Virus record (IMG/VR): IMGVR_UViG_3300045988_038078
Location: 1 to 36,671 of that record
Reading direction: 5' to 3' (one strand)
Source: a virus
DNA: 36,671 nt
Made by a program: the position numbers and the translations under genes. Within the stretch, counting starts at the first letter, position 1, and every line of letters begins with the position of its first letter. Positions 1 through 7,700 of the stretch are shown here, piece by piece. Below the pieces are notes generated by a model. That model did no database searches. It was not told the origin of the DNA and saw only the letters and a list, made by a program, of their open reading frames with translations.

Positions 1-55
1 GAGAGAGTATATGTCTCTCTCGGCTACTATGTTACCCGTTCCGTTAATACTATAT
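1..55. repeat. Terminal direct overlap: identical to 36617-36671. Marks a circular contig with unique length 36,616 bp.
   Basis: Read directly: gagagagtatatgtctctctcggctactatgttacccgttccgttaatactatat occurs at both window ends. An exact 55-nt overlap is typical of a k-mer assembly closure. Confidence 0.95.
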
Positions 56-60
56 TTCAT
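1..60 (-). CDS. First 20 codons (MKYSINGTGNIVAERDIYSL) of the large tail-fibre gene, which continues at 36616 across the circular junction.
   Basis: The minus frame of ORF 33962..36568 stays open to 36671. After wrapping (36671 = position 55) the frame reads AAA, then ATG at 60..58, one codon (GAT) after the TAA stop (66..64) of the preceding fibre gene. Confidence 0.75.
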   Translation of the reverse strand, partial: MKYSINGTGNIVAERDIYSL

Positions 61-63
61 ATC

Positions 64-2055
64 TTACCAATTTGTTTTAGTTGGTGGTACATTTACTACC
101 GCTATCTGCGATACATCAGAGATTACATGTTTACCTGTGATGGTTTGTGTGCCGGATGATAGCAAGAAATTCCCCAATAGAACGACATCTCCGTATATAG
201 AAATCGCACCTTGTACCCGGGCATTATCTCTCAATTCGGCCGCCCCCCATATCTGCAAAGCGTTGTTAGTATCCGATCTAAATACGGAGGAATTATCCCG
301 CATAATCAGAGAGCCTGCATGAACGTTAACAGGTGAGTCTATTACCGCATTGTCGTACATCTCTAAACACATGCTTACCCCCTCCGCACTATATACCTTT
401 AACACTTGTGTGTTTCCGAACATCAATACTCTGCGCAAAGACGGAGGATTCGCCACAACTGGCGGAATGAACTTCGCATTGTCTTGCAGGTAAATATAAC
501 CGTTAACCACGGAGTTTTTAATCTCGGCATTGCCTCCGATGTAGCCGCTGCCCTCAAGCGTTGTATCGGTTACCTGCGCATTCCCTTCGATCCGGAAATT
601 TCCGTCAATCGCCATTGCCTTTTCTGTGGTATTAGTAATCTTGGACGCACCACCCAAGGTACCGCCGAACACGTTGCGACCACGGATCGAGAATATACCT
701 TTGATCACGCAATCCTTGTAAATGATGGAGTCGTAGGTAGCGGCGGCACCGGAAACGGATGCACTTACAAAACTACTTGCAGCCTCGGCAAGCATTCCGA
801 AATCGCCTGAAATAACTCCCCTTATACGGTACATCCCTTGTACATTTGATGACACAAGTACGGTATTGGCAACCGCTACTTTCCCCAAGTCCGCCATGGC
901 TTTAGTGAAGTCGATGTTATCCCATACGTTCACCTTCGGGTCGTAGTAGTGAATCGCTGAACCGACGGGCATGTTACAGTTCTTGAAATAGAACGTCTTG
1001 CCGGATGCCACCATAGCGGTTAAGTCGGGGAATGCCACAGACGAGTATTCGAAGTTCGGGCAATCCGATACATCGAATACATTTTTATCGTATCCCGCTA
1101 CGTTGACACTAGCCGGGGTATTGATGTTCGTGTTACGGAATACTCCCAATACATAATTATAAACGCCCGCCGTCATTACCATGTTGTAATTAATTTTAGT
1201 AAAATCAGCGTTAATGGCGAGTGTGTTGGTATTGCTACATACGCATTCCGCACGAACATATGAATTCCGGATGTTTGTGGTAGTAGGTGCCGCTAATGTT
1301 CCCGTCACCAGGAACCGTAGTATGTAACTATCTTTAGTTACAGCACCATTATACACTGGAACGATAGCCGAATTGAACACGTTTATCTGCGCTTCCATCG
1401 CCGTCTGGATAGATACCCCTGCTGCGGCCACGTCCGCCGGAGTTATCGCCGTTTCCCCTACTTTGCGAACATCCACAAGGATATACGGTGCTGTCGAAGC
1501 CAAGATAACAGCAGGACCGCCAACAGTCCAAGTGGTTGCCGACGTTACGATTCCGGCTTCGTTCAATGAAATTAACCTAGCTTCGTAGGCGGTGCTTGTG
1601 ATAGCCACCTTTCCCACTGTTCCGGCAAACAACGGCACCGGAATACGCACCTGGCTAGATGCGTTCGCTTTAACGGGAGCGTTCCCCACCACCACATTAT
1701 ATGCACCCTGTTCAAACATCGCAGGGGTCTGCGCCGTGTCGAACGACTGTGTTTCAAACGAGATAGCTCCCATGATGCGGGAATTACCGGAAATGATAGT
1801 AGCTTTAGGTCTAGCGGTAGCTTTTGGTAGATTGCTCCCCATATCCACAATAGCCTCATCCATAACACGTACACCGGGATATTCCAGCGATCCGCTAAAT
1901 ATCCAACAGTTACCGTCCTGTGACAGTGTATTAGCATCGTAGACGTATCCGCCTAGCTCCATCGGGCAAACGTCCCGTCCTTGTACCGTGAAGGGACGCA
2001 ACGCTCTTACGCGTTTACGCCCGCCTTCATTGATAATGTCATACTTACAACTCAT
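64..2055 (-). CDS. Tail fibre / tailspike-like receptor-binding protein A (663 aa)
   Basis: ATG at 2055. The C-terminal half has beta-helix-like short repeats (GNAQVTDTTLEGSGYIGGNAEIKNSVVNGYIYLQDNAKF). It shares the LSQDGxCW motif and one FEQG...ITPADV module with the larger fibre. Confidence 0.6.
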   Translation of the reverse strand: MSCKYDIINEGGRKRVRALRPFTVQGRDVCPMELGGYVYDANTLSQDGNCWIFSGSLEYPGVRVMDEAIVDMGSNLPKATARPKATIISGNSRIMGAISFETQSFDTAQTPAMFEQGAYNVVVGNAPVKANASSQVRIPVPLFAGTVGKVAITSTAYEARLISLNEAGIVTSATTWTVGGPAVILASTAPYILVDVRKVGETAITPADVAAAGVSIQTAMEAQINVFNSAIVPVYNGAVTKDSYILRFLVTGTLAAPTTTNIRNSYVRAECVCSNTNTLAINADFTKINYNMVMTAGVYNYVLGVFRNTNINTPASVNVAGYDKNVFDVSDCPNFEYSSVAFPDLTAMVASGKTFYFKNCNMPVGSAIHYYDPKVNVWDNIDFTKAMADLGKVAVANTVLVSSNVQGMYRIRGVISGDFGMLAEAASSFVSASVSGAAATYDSIIYKDCVIKGIFSIRGRNVFGGTLGGASKITNTTEKAMAIDGNFRIEGNAQVTDTTLEGSGYIGGNAEIKNSVVNGYIYLQDNAKFIPPVVANPPSLRRVLMFGNTQVLKVYSAEGVSMCLEMYDNAVIDSPVNVHAGSLIMRDNSSVFRSDTNNALQIWGAAELRDNARVQGAISIYGDVVLLGNFLLSSGTQTITGKHVISDVSQIAVVNVPPTKTNW

Positions 2056-2057
2056 AA

Positions 2058-2705
2058 TTACTTAGTTTTAGATTTTTGCCTCTCTACTTCCTCGTGCCTT
2101 GCGCTAATCGCCAATATCACGTCGGAGTAGTTTATCAACTTAGCTTCTTCGAAGGTACAGTGCATCAGTTCTGCTGCTAGCTGTATCATTCCAAGAACGC
2201 TTTTAGCCTCCGCAATTGGATTACTTTCGACTTTCCCACCTCCGGCGGGTAACAGTACCCGTTCGAATTGATCCGCCCGGTCTATCTCACCTGCTATGAA
2301 CTTTGACATCTTCACCATATCGGCGATGGTTTCGGGAACGTAGCCTCCGGTCCATCCTTTGATACGGTCTACCGCCGTTTCCGCCATCCGTGCCTCGATC
2401 ATTTGCCAAAGTGTGATATCCTCCAACAGGGGACACGTGTAGCGGATTCTACCATTTCTTGTAATCCACTGCGAAGGTAGTAAATATTCAGACATGGTGC
2501 GCAATAACTCCGCATCATCTTCCGATAACTCCCTCATTTCGTCCGGTCTAAGGTTAGCGATAGCCCGCATCGCCATAAGCCGTTGCTTCCGGCTGATTCT
2601 CCGGATCATCCAACTCCACGCCTCTTTAATCGGTCGTAGCAATGGTTTCACGTGGTACACATAGATGTAATTCCGATAACTCTTAATCTTACTAATCTGT
2701 TTCAT
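2058..2705 (-). CDS. Hypothetical protein (215 aa from ATG 2705; the track start at 2747 overlaps TerL)
   Basis: ORF directly after TerL. The ATG at 2705 lies 4 nt after the TerL stop (TAG, 2712..2710). No recognisable motif. Confidence 0.6.
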   Translation of the reverse strand: MKQISKIKSYRNYIYVYHVKPLLRPIKEAWSWMIRRISRKQRLMAMRAIANLRPDEMRELSEDDAELLRTMSEYLLPSQWITRNGRIRYTCPLLEDITLWQMIEARMAETAVDRIKGWTGGYVPETIADMVKMSKFIAGEIDRADQFERVLLPAGGGKVESNPIAEAKSVLGMIQLAAELMHCTFEEAKLINYSDVILAISARHEEVERQKSKTK

Positions 2706-2709
2706 GATT

Positions 2710-3873
2710 CTATGATTTGTGGGAACGTCCCGGTTTATACTTCGCAATCAGATACTCCACCGCATAACGGGTAGCGTCCATTGCGTGGTTATGGTCATCT
2801 ATCGCCTCTGTGACGTCATACAAGCCCGTCATTCGGTCCAGCACATAAGAATAGGTATCTAGCTCATCCATGATGCCTCGGCTCCCCACAACAACGCAAA
2901 TTTTCTTGAACTGCTTGATCTGTGCGATACCCGACATAATGGACCCCGCTCCTTTGATACACGGGAATATCTTGCACCCCAGTGATGAGATTTCGGCGAT
3001 ACTCTTTTGCTCGGCCGAATCGGCGATAGTCACAACCTTATGCAGCCCTTTCGATTTAAGCAGCGTAGCGATGTCCCAATTCAGCAGACCGGGTGTGTAC
3101 GCTATCTCTTGCAGATACAGGACGTCATCCAGGAATCCCACTTTCACGATGGCCGTAGGGTCACCCGTGAATCCGAAGTCCATCCCTAGACAGAATTTAG
3201 CCGTGGCCGGGAATTCCTGCACGATCTCGTATTCAGGGAATATCAGTCCTTCCGTGCCGCCTGTTTCACCTTCTCCGAATACACGCCACCAGTTTTCATC
3301 GTTCCTGTTGGATTCGATTTCCTCGACTTGTTCGGGTGTCAGATACGGATTATCACGATACGTGGAAACGATCTCCACCATGTTGTCGCCTACAAAGTAC
3401 TCGTGTGCCCAAAATTTCTTCACGGGATTGAAGTCAACGAACAACATGAGACGGGTACGCACCGCCATCTGTCTAAACACTTCTTTAGGGACCCTTTGCG
3501 CCTCATTGACGAACAGGATGTCACGGGCGGGACCGAACACCTTAGCGGAATTCTCGCAGCCGAAAAACTCGATCTGTGACCCATTCTCCGTGGTGTAGAT
3601 CATCTCGGTGTACTGCATCCGCTTCTCCGACCATACTCCTTCATCCTGCAACATGCGTTTGAAGTCACGGAACATACCACGTTTAACGCCGGGTAGTGTA
3701 TCCGTGACACAGGAGATAAGGAGCGGCTTCTCCGATTGGGTCGCCATCAAGTAGATTAGTTGCAGCATGGACCACGTTTTCGAGGATCGTGTACCGCCTC
3801 GACTGGATACCCCGCGGATATTCGGGTCCACGGCTGCTGCTAATAGCTTGTCAAATACATACGTGGTTTTCAT
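2710..3873 (-). CDS. terL: Terminase large subunit (PBSX/Terminase_3-like)
   Basis: Walker A-like SSRGGTRSSKTWS. Walker B plus catalytic Glu in DILFVNEAQ. RNaseH-like nuclease motifs GMDFGFTGDPTAIV and HAMDATRY. ATGA overlap with the upstream terS. Confidence 0.85.
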   Translation of the reverse strand: MKTTYVFDKLLAAAVDPNIRGVSSRGGTRSSKTWSMLQLIYLMATQSEKPLLISCVTDTLPGVKRGMFRDFKRMLQDEGVWSEKRMQYTEMIYTTENGSQIEFFGCENSAKVFGPARDILFVNEAQRVPKEVFRQMAVRTRLMLFVDFNPVKKFWAHEYFVGDNMVEIVSTYRDNPYLTPEQVEEIESNRNDENWWRVFGEGETGGTEGLIFPEYEIVQEFPATAKFCLGMDFGFTGDPTAIVKVGFLDDVLYLQEIAYTPGLLNWDIATLLKSKGLHKVVTIADSAEQKSIAEISSLGCKIFPCIKGAGSIMSGIAQIKQFKKICVVVGSRGIMDELDTYSYVLDRMTGLYDVTEAIDDHNHAMDATRYAVEYLIAKYKPGRSHKS

Positions 3874-4493
3874 TCCTTCGGTTTATCCTTTAAGTTCTCA
3901 ACTCCTTTAGCCTTCCTCTCACGTTTGGTCGAGATGCCTCGCAACTGCTGCAAATTACCTACTGCTTCGTTGCTGAGTACTTCCACCTTCAATGATCCTT
4001 CTACCTTCTCGCCGCCGCTGGTGACGTCCCTGTATTCCTTTAGCCCTCTTAGCTTGGCGGTGTAAGTGGCATCGAACTGTCCCACCATCGCCGATTTATC
4101 CATGTCGTCACGAATCCATTCACGGATGTTATCTATCTCTCTCATGAACTTCGCCGATTCCGCGTCTCCAAACTTTTCGTGCATCTCCTTGTAACGTTTC
4201 ATGCGGTCGGTTAGGTAGCTTCCGTTTGCTCCGAGGAATTGAGTAAATCCGAATTCGGTTACCATCAGTTTCATTTTCTTCGTGTAACTACGTCCTGCGT
4301 TCATCCCCGACTTCACGTAATCAAGCACCTCGATCGGGTGATTCCGGCACCATTGGACGTAGGCATCGAACACTTCCCGTAGCTGTCCTGGTTCCGTGAA
4401 TAGCGGCGTCTTGCCGAATCGTGCGGTGTAAAGACTCCACAGTTCATCGCCGGAGTAGGGGTCGTATATATCGTTTAATAATTTATTTGCCAT
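3870..4493 (-). CDS. terS: Terminase small subunit (gp3-packaging-like), 207 aa from ATG 4493
   Basis: Lies immediately upstream of terL and is translationally coupled to it. The pattern KTPLFTEPGQLREVFDAYVQWCRNHP ... FGFTQFLG resembles small-terminase N-terminal HTH regions. The track start at 4505 is GTG. Confidence 0.65.
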   Translation of the reverse strand: MANKLLNDIYDPYSGDELWSLYTARFGKTPLFTEPGQLREVFDAYVQWCRNHPIEVLDYVKSGMNAGRSYTKKMKLMVTEFGFTQFLGANGSYLTDRMKRYKEMHEKFGDAESAKFMREIDNIREWIRDDMDKSAMVGQFDATYTAKLRGLKEYRDVTSGGEKVEGSLKVEVLSNEAVGNLQQLRGISTKRERKAKGVENLKDKPKE

Positions 4494-4525
4494 ATCAAGG
4501 TACACATGCGTGGTTATTTATGCTG

Positions 4526-4557
4526 CAAAGGTAAGAGAAACAACTGATGGTTCCAAA
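4526..4557 (-). promoter_or_regulatory. Bacteroidota-type promoter for the packaging/structural operon
   Basis: Minus strand reads TTTG (4557..4554), a 20-nt spacer, then TACCTTTG (4533..4526). This matches -33 TTTG / -7 TAnnTTTG and lies about 33 nt upstream of the terS ATG. Confidence 0.6.
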
Positions 4558-4574
4558 AGGGACCGGACCAAGTT

Positions 4575-5110
4575 ATGGTGATTCGGGGTGGGGTCGTGAA
4601 TCGCCAGGTCATCCCGCCCAAAACCAGGCGGATAGATTACTAGTCATTGTAAATACCTGATTCTCAGACGCTTACAAAATAGTGGATAGGTAGTGATTTT
4701 TTACTTTCCTATGTAACTCACTGATTCACTGTAATTTACCGAAAATGGATAGTTGGATAGAAAAAGTTCAAAGAGTATAGCCAAAAAACACGGTTTGCGA
4801 CGATCAATTAACTTAATTAAATTAACATATTTCTCCAACACACCGATTTTTCTTGTAATAGCAAATACCCCATTTTTACCCATTTTCCTATCCATCCTAT
4901 CATAACTAACTAATAATCAGTAACTTACATAGATAGATATATAAATAGTCACCTATCTTTAAATATGTTAACTAGCTTGAAATGAGCAACTTACAACGAT
5001 AGGTAAAAAATCACTACCTATCCATTTCCTTCTACTTGGTTTGTAACTTACTGTATTTCAGTCATTTAAGGGTATACTAGACGTTTCCCGTTTTCCCTGA
5101 TTTCCTATCT
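4575..5110. repeat. Noncoding box array A: (T)GGATAG / CTATCC boxes around an AT-rich core. Paralogous to 20270-20705.
   Basis: GGATAG at 4630, 4684, 4747, 4755. CTATCC at 4888, 5018. GATAGG at 4998. CCTATC at 4896, 4952, 5104. CTTACA co-motif at 4671, 4924, 4990. AT-rich core about 4795-4835 (gatcaattaacttaattaaattaac). Confidence 0.85.
4683..5024. repeat. Perfect 22-bp inverted repeat (4683-4704 and 5003-5024) bracketing a 298-bp segment
   Basis: TGGATAGGTAGTGATTTTTTAC at 4683-4704. Its exact reverse complement GTAAAAAATCACTACCTATCCA is at 5003-5024. Confidence 0.9.
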
Positions 5111-5401
5111 ACATGGGCCCTCGAAAACTACCGTTTTTAATGTTATGTAAATATTCTCGCTTCCGTATTTTCACCTCACAGCACCTTTGTATCCAAACTA
5201 TTCAAAACTAATCAAAAAGACGCAATGAAAAATTTTGACCACAGGTAGGGGTGAAAAACTGTTCTTCCGTTTTTTGGCAAAAATAGGGTGATTCAAAGGT
5301 TTTGCCTTCCTGTTGTAAACATTTATACACGATAATTTTGGAAACGTTTTATCATAGATTTCGCTACTTTGCACAAAACACTACCGTCACACGAAAATAA
5401 G

Positions 5402-5442
5402 AAACGAGGACCCTCGGCAATCACACCGGAAAGTCCTCGTTT
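5402..5442 (-). terminator. Rho-independent terminator after the small-gene operon
   Basis: 10-bp stem AAACGAGGAC (5402-5411) / GTCCTCGTTT (5433-5442). On the minus strand it is followed by CTTATTTTCG. It sits 26 nt after the stop of ORF 5468..6082. Confidence 0.6.
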
Positions 5443-5467
5443 GACACTATGAAATTAAGAAAAGGTT

Positions 5468-6082
5468 TTACAACATTATGTCGTATTTCTCGCAAATGTG
5501 GTTTAGAAAGTTATTTTTCAGCAGTGAATTCGTTTCCCCTTCCAAGAATACCCATGATGATCCGTCCCATTCGAAGATAGAAACACCGCCATTTGCGTAG
5601 TGCCGGACCTCATAGATCGGTGGCATCTCTCCGGCTTCCGGTTGTTCCCGACCTATCCGGATGAGGCGTTTGGTACGGGATTCCTTCGCGGCTAGCTTTT
5701 CTTCGAATTGCGCCGCTTCATACCGGGTGGAGGATAGGCAACCGTTCACCATCTTCTTTCGCTCCTCGCTTACTGATAACGGGCTACGGCGTTCAAACAG
5801 GTTACGGCAAAACCCTTGGAACTCGATCCGGTTATCCTCGATAACGTGTGCCGGGCAAAGGTAACGAGGCGACCCCTTCTTCATTGGGTCTAGCTCCGGC
5901 TTGTATCCCCTCTGTCGCATGAACTGCATAAAGACGAACGCCCGCACATTAAAGATTCTCGCGACTTGCCTAACATCTACACACCTAGTAGAAAGGCAAT
6001 TAGCAATACGAACGCTGCACCCGCAACTAGTCCCACGGTGATCGCCGCAATTATCGAAAGTATGATTGATTTCATTTTCCAT
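5468..6082 (-). CDS. Hypothetical protein (204 aa), possible DNA-binding regulator
   Basis: Last gene before the coding desert. Has a Cys-rich N-terminus and an HTH-like stretch, VDVRQVARIFNVRAFVFMQFMRQRG. The assignment is speculative. Confidence 0.5.
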   Translation of the reverse strand: MENEINHTFDNCGDHRGTSCGCSVRIANCLSTRCVDVRQVARIFNVRAFVFMQFMRQRGYKPELDPMKKGSPRYLCPAHVIEDNRIEFQGFCRNLFERRSPLSVSEERKKMVNGCLSSTRYEAAQFEEKLAAKESRTKRLIRIGREQPEAGEMPPIYEVRHYANGGVSIFEWDGSSWVFLEGETNSLLKNNFLNHICEKYDIML

Positions 6083-6093
6083 TGATATTCAGT

Positions 6094-6282
6094 TTAAAAC
6101 ATTAGACCTATGATAAGACCCACCGCCATAGAACGGAGTCCGTACAATGTCCGTTTCAGCATATCATCCTTATACTTTTGGCCCTTCTTACCCCAACAGC
6201 CGTGACAGAACGACCCTATCGGGGTGACGTAGCGGGGACCGCCTTCTTTTATTTCTTTACCGCATTCAACACATTTAATCAT
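6094..6282 (-). CDS. Small zinc-ribbon protein with C-terminal membrane anchor (62 aa)
   Basis: CVEC ... CHGC cysteine pairs, followed by the hydrophobic tail SMAVGLIIGLMF. ATGA overlap with the upstream ORF. Confidence 0.55.
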   Translation of the reverse strand: MIKCVECGKEIKEGGPRYVTPIGSFCHGCWGKKGQKYKDDMLKRTLYGLRSMAVGLIIGLMF

Positions 6283-6635
6283 TTTCTTCGTTGCTTATTG
6301 GTTATACTTAATATTTCGTTCGCTAGTAACCTAGCCTCTAGAACCGACATCTCGGTTAATGGCAAAACGGATGGCCCTTTCTTTATCTTCACCTTGCCAC
6401 CGTCGATGTAGGCGTGCGCCCACTTGGTTCTGATCTCGTGTATTCGCTCCTTCATCTTCTGTGTAGCTTCTTCGGCACGCTCCACCCAGTTATCGGAAGT
6501 TGACGTAAGATGATTACTTTCATACTCCCCGTTTAGGTCGGCTAGCTTAGATTGCATATCGAGAAGGTTCATCTCTCCGTTGTTAAAGGCGTTGACCATA
6601 TCATTCTGCCTATCATCATATTCTTGGTACAACAT
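6279..6635 (-). CDS. Hypothetical protein (118 aa from ATG 6635)
   Basis: The internal ATG at 6635 lies 2 nt after the stop of the upstream ORF. The longer track version (to 6758) overlaps that ORF by 120 nt. Confidence 0.5.
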   Translation of the reverse strand: MLYQEYDDRQNDMVNAFNNGEMNLLDMQSKLADLNGEYESNHLTSTSDNWVERAEEATQKMKERIHEIRTKWAHAYIDGGKVKIKKGPSVLPLTEMSVLEARLLANEILSITNKQRRK

Positions 6636-6637
6636 AG

Positions 6638-6889
6638 TTACAGGGGGATACAGGTTAAACCTAGTTTTACAGTCAATACCCAATAGTGGATCGCTCCGCC
6701 TCCCAGTGCTCCGGCTACTGTCAGCCAAAAATCTATCCAGTCCCATTTGCCACCCCATTGGTTATCCTTGAATTCCATCCCTGCGGCGGCGCCACAGGTG
6801 AAAGCGACGCCCGCAACCAATGATACCAAGAAACCATATACTAGGTACTTCCACCTGTTCGACTGTTTAAACCAATTCAATATTTTCAT
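6638..6889 (-). CDS. Small membrane protein, two predicted TM helices (83 aa)
   Basis: Hydrophobic stretches LVYGFLVSLVAGVAFTCGAAAG and FWLTVAGALGGGAIHYWVL. Confidence 0.5.
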   Translation of the reverse strand: MKILNWFKQSNRWKYLVYGFLVSLVAGVAFTCGAAAGMEFKDNQWGGKWDWIDFWLTVAGALGGGAIHYWVLTVKLGLTCIPL

Positions 6890-7262
6890 CTTTCAATTCC
6901 TCCATTACTGTTTTAAAGTTTTTAATAATCTTCGATAATCTTTCGGCGTCTTTCTCTAGGATGTCCAAAACAAAACGCCTACTCTGTCTATTCCTTTGCC
7001 GCATCGCCCACTCTTTTCTTTCGTCCGGTGTGAGGAACTCATAGGTATCTAGGAACGGGCGTAGCCTCTCAATCGTTTTCTCTCTCAGTTCCTCATAGAA
7101 CTGCTTCCTTACATACTTGGTTCCTCGGCTGTCCGTTGTGGTAGGGGAAAGAACGGATTCGGGGTATCCCATCAGCATATTGAACTTAATCTCGTCCTCC
7201 GCTGCCTTCCATTCATTCGGGAACCAAGTACGGAGGAATCTTTCGGCTACCTTTCCTTTCAT
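6867..7262 (-). CDS. Hypothetical protein (131 aa)
   Basis: ORF with an ATG start, co-oriented and tightly packed with its neighbours. Confidence 0.5.
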   Translation of the reverse strand: MKGKVAERFLRTWFPNEWKAAEDEIKFNMLMGYPESVLSPTTTDSRGTKYVRKQFYEELREKTIERLRPFLDTYEFLTPDERKEWAMRQRNRQSRRFVLDILEKDAERLSKIIKNFKTVMEELKDENIELV

Positions 7263-7492
7263 GGCGTCACTAGTTCAAAGTGAGTGCTCTTACCGTCCTC
7301 CCGTTTGTCTCCGGAGCATTCGAAGTGAATGCAACCTTTTCCGTACTTCATCCGGTAATTCTTATTCAGCAGGGGACAGCCTTCGCACATGCTTCTCCAT
7401 TCGAACGCCGGGTCTTCTCTGCAAACTATTTCCGTACCATCGTCCAGTCTGAATTTCCCGTCTACGGGAACTTGGATGTATCTTGTTTTCAT
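7259..7492 (-). CDS. Small Cys-rich protein (77 aa), paralog of 7495..7698
   Basis: CREDPAFEWRSMCEGC ... GCIHFECSGDKREDGKSTHF aligns with the C-terminus of the neighbouring ORF. Confidence 0.55.
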   Translation of the reverse strand: MKTRYIQVPVDGKFRLDDGTEIVCREDPAFEWRSMCEGCPLLNKNYRMKYGKGCIHFECSGDKREDGKSTHFELVTP

Positions 7493-7494
7493 GG

Positions 7495-7698
7495 TTACTC
7501 TATTTTTATAAAATGAACGTCCTTCCCATCGTATCTAGCTTCTCCGATGCACCCTATTTCATGACACCACCCCGACTTGAAGAAGCAACATATGTGGCAT
7601 GGGTATTTGGTGGTTGGTCTGTCCTTTCTGCATTTAGCTTTCACACCCTTGAATTCGAATACTTCTCCTATCTTTGGTTCTATTTCGGGTGTATACAT
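7495..7698 (-). CDS. Small Cys-rich protein (67 aa from ATG 7698), paralog of 7259..7492
   Basis: CRKDRPTTKYPCHICC ... WCHEIGCIGEARYDGKDVHF. The ATG at 7698 lies 2 nt after the upstream stop. The longer track ORF would overlap the upstream gene. Confidence 0.5.
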   Translation of the reverse strand: MYTPEIEPKIGEVFEFKGVKAKCRKDRPTTKYPCHICCFFKSGWCHEIGCIGEARYDGKDVHFIKIE

Positions 7699-7700
7699 GG

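Noticed and set aside
1-21. Palindrome gagagag-tatatgt-ctctctc at the contig end, considered as a possible cos or terminal structure
   Set aside because: It lies inside the coding sequence of fibre B (codons ERDIYSL). Its position at the window edge follows from an arbitrary assembler break point.
4560-4625. tRNA-like GC-rich patch (ggtgattcggggtggggtcgtgaatcgcc)
   Set aside because: No cloverleaf can be drawn and there is no GTTCRAnnC T-loop consensus. The GATTCGGGGTG block recurs in array B, so it is part of the duplicated module.
4701-4895. 64-aa minus-strand ORF inside box array A
   Set aside because: It runs through the GGATAG boxes and the AT-rich core. The collinear array B (20340-20540) has only very short ORFs at the equivalent position, so the reading frame is not conserved between the paralogous modules.
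4575-5110. Possible CRISPR array or mini-array suggested by the many short repeats
   Set aside because: The repeated unit is only 6-9 bp, occurs in both orientations and has irregular spacing. There are no 25-40-bp direct repeats separated by unique spacers, and no cas genes.
5333-5445. Plus-strand promoter-like TAATTTTG driving a ~100-nt antisense RNA ending at the 5402-5442 hairpin
   Set aside because: There is no acceptable -33 element at the right spacing, and no U-tract follows the hairpin on the plus strand. I kept it only as a remark within the finding on 5040-5400.
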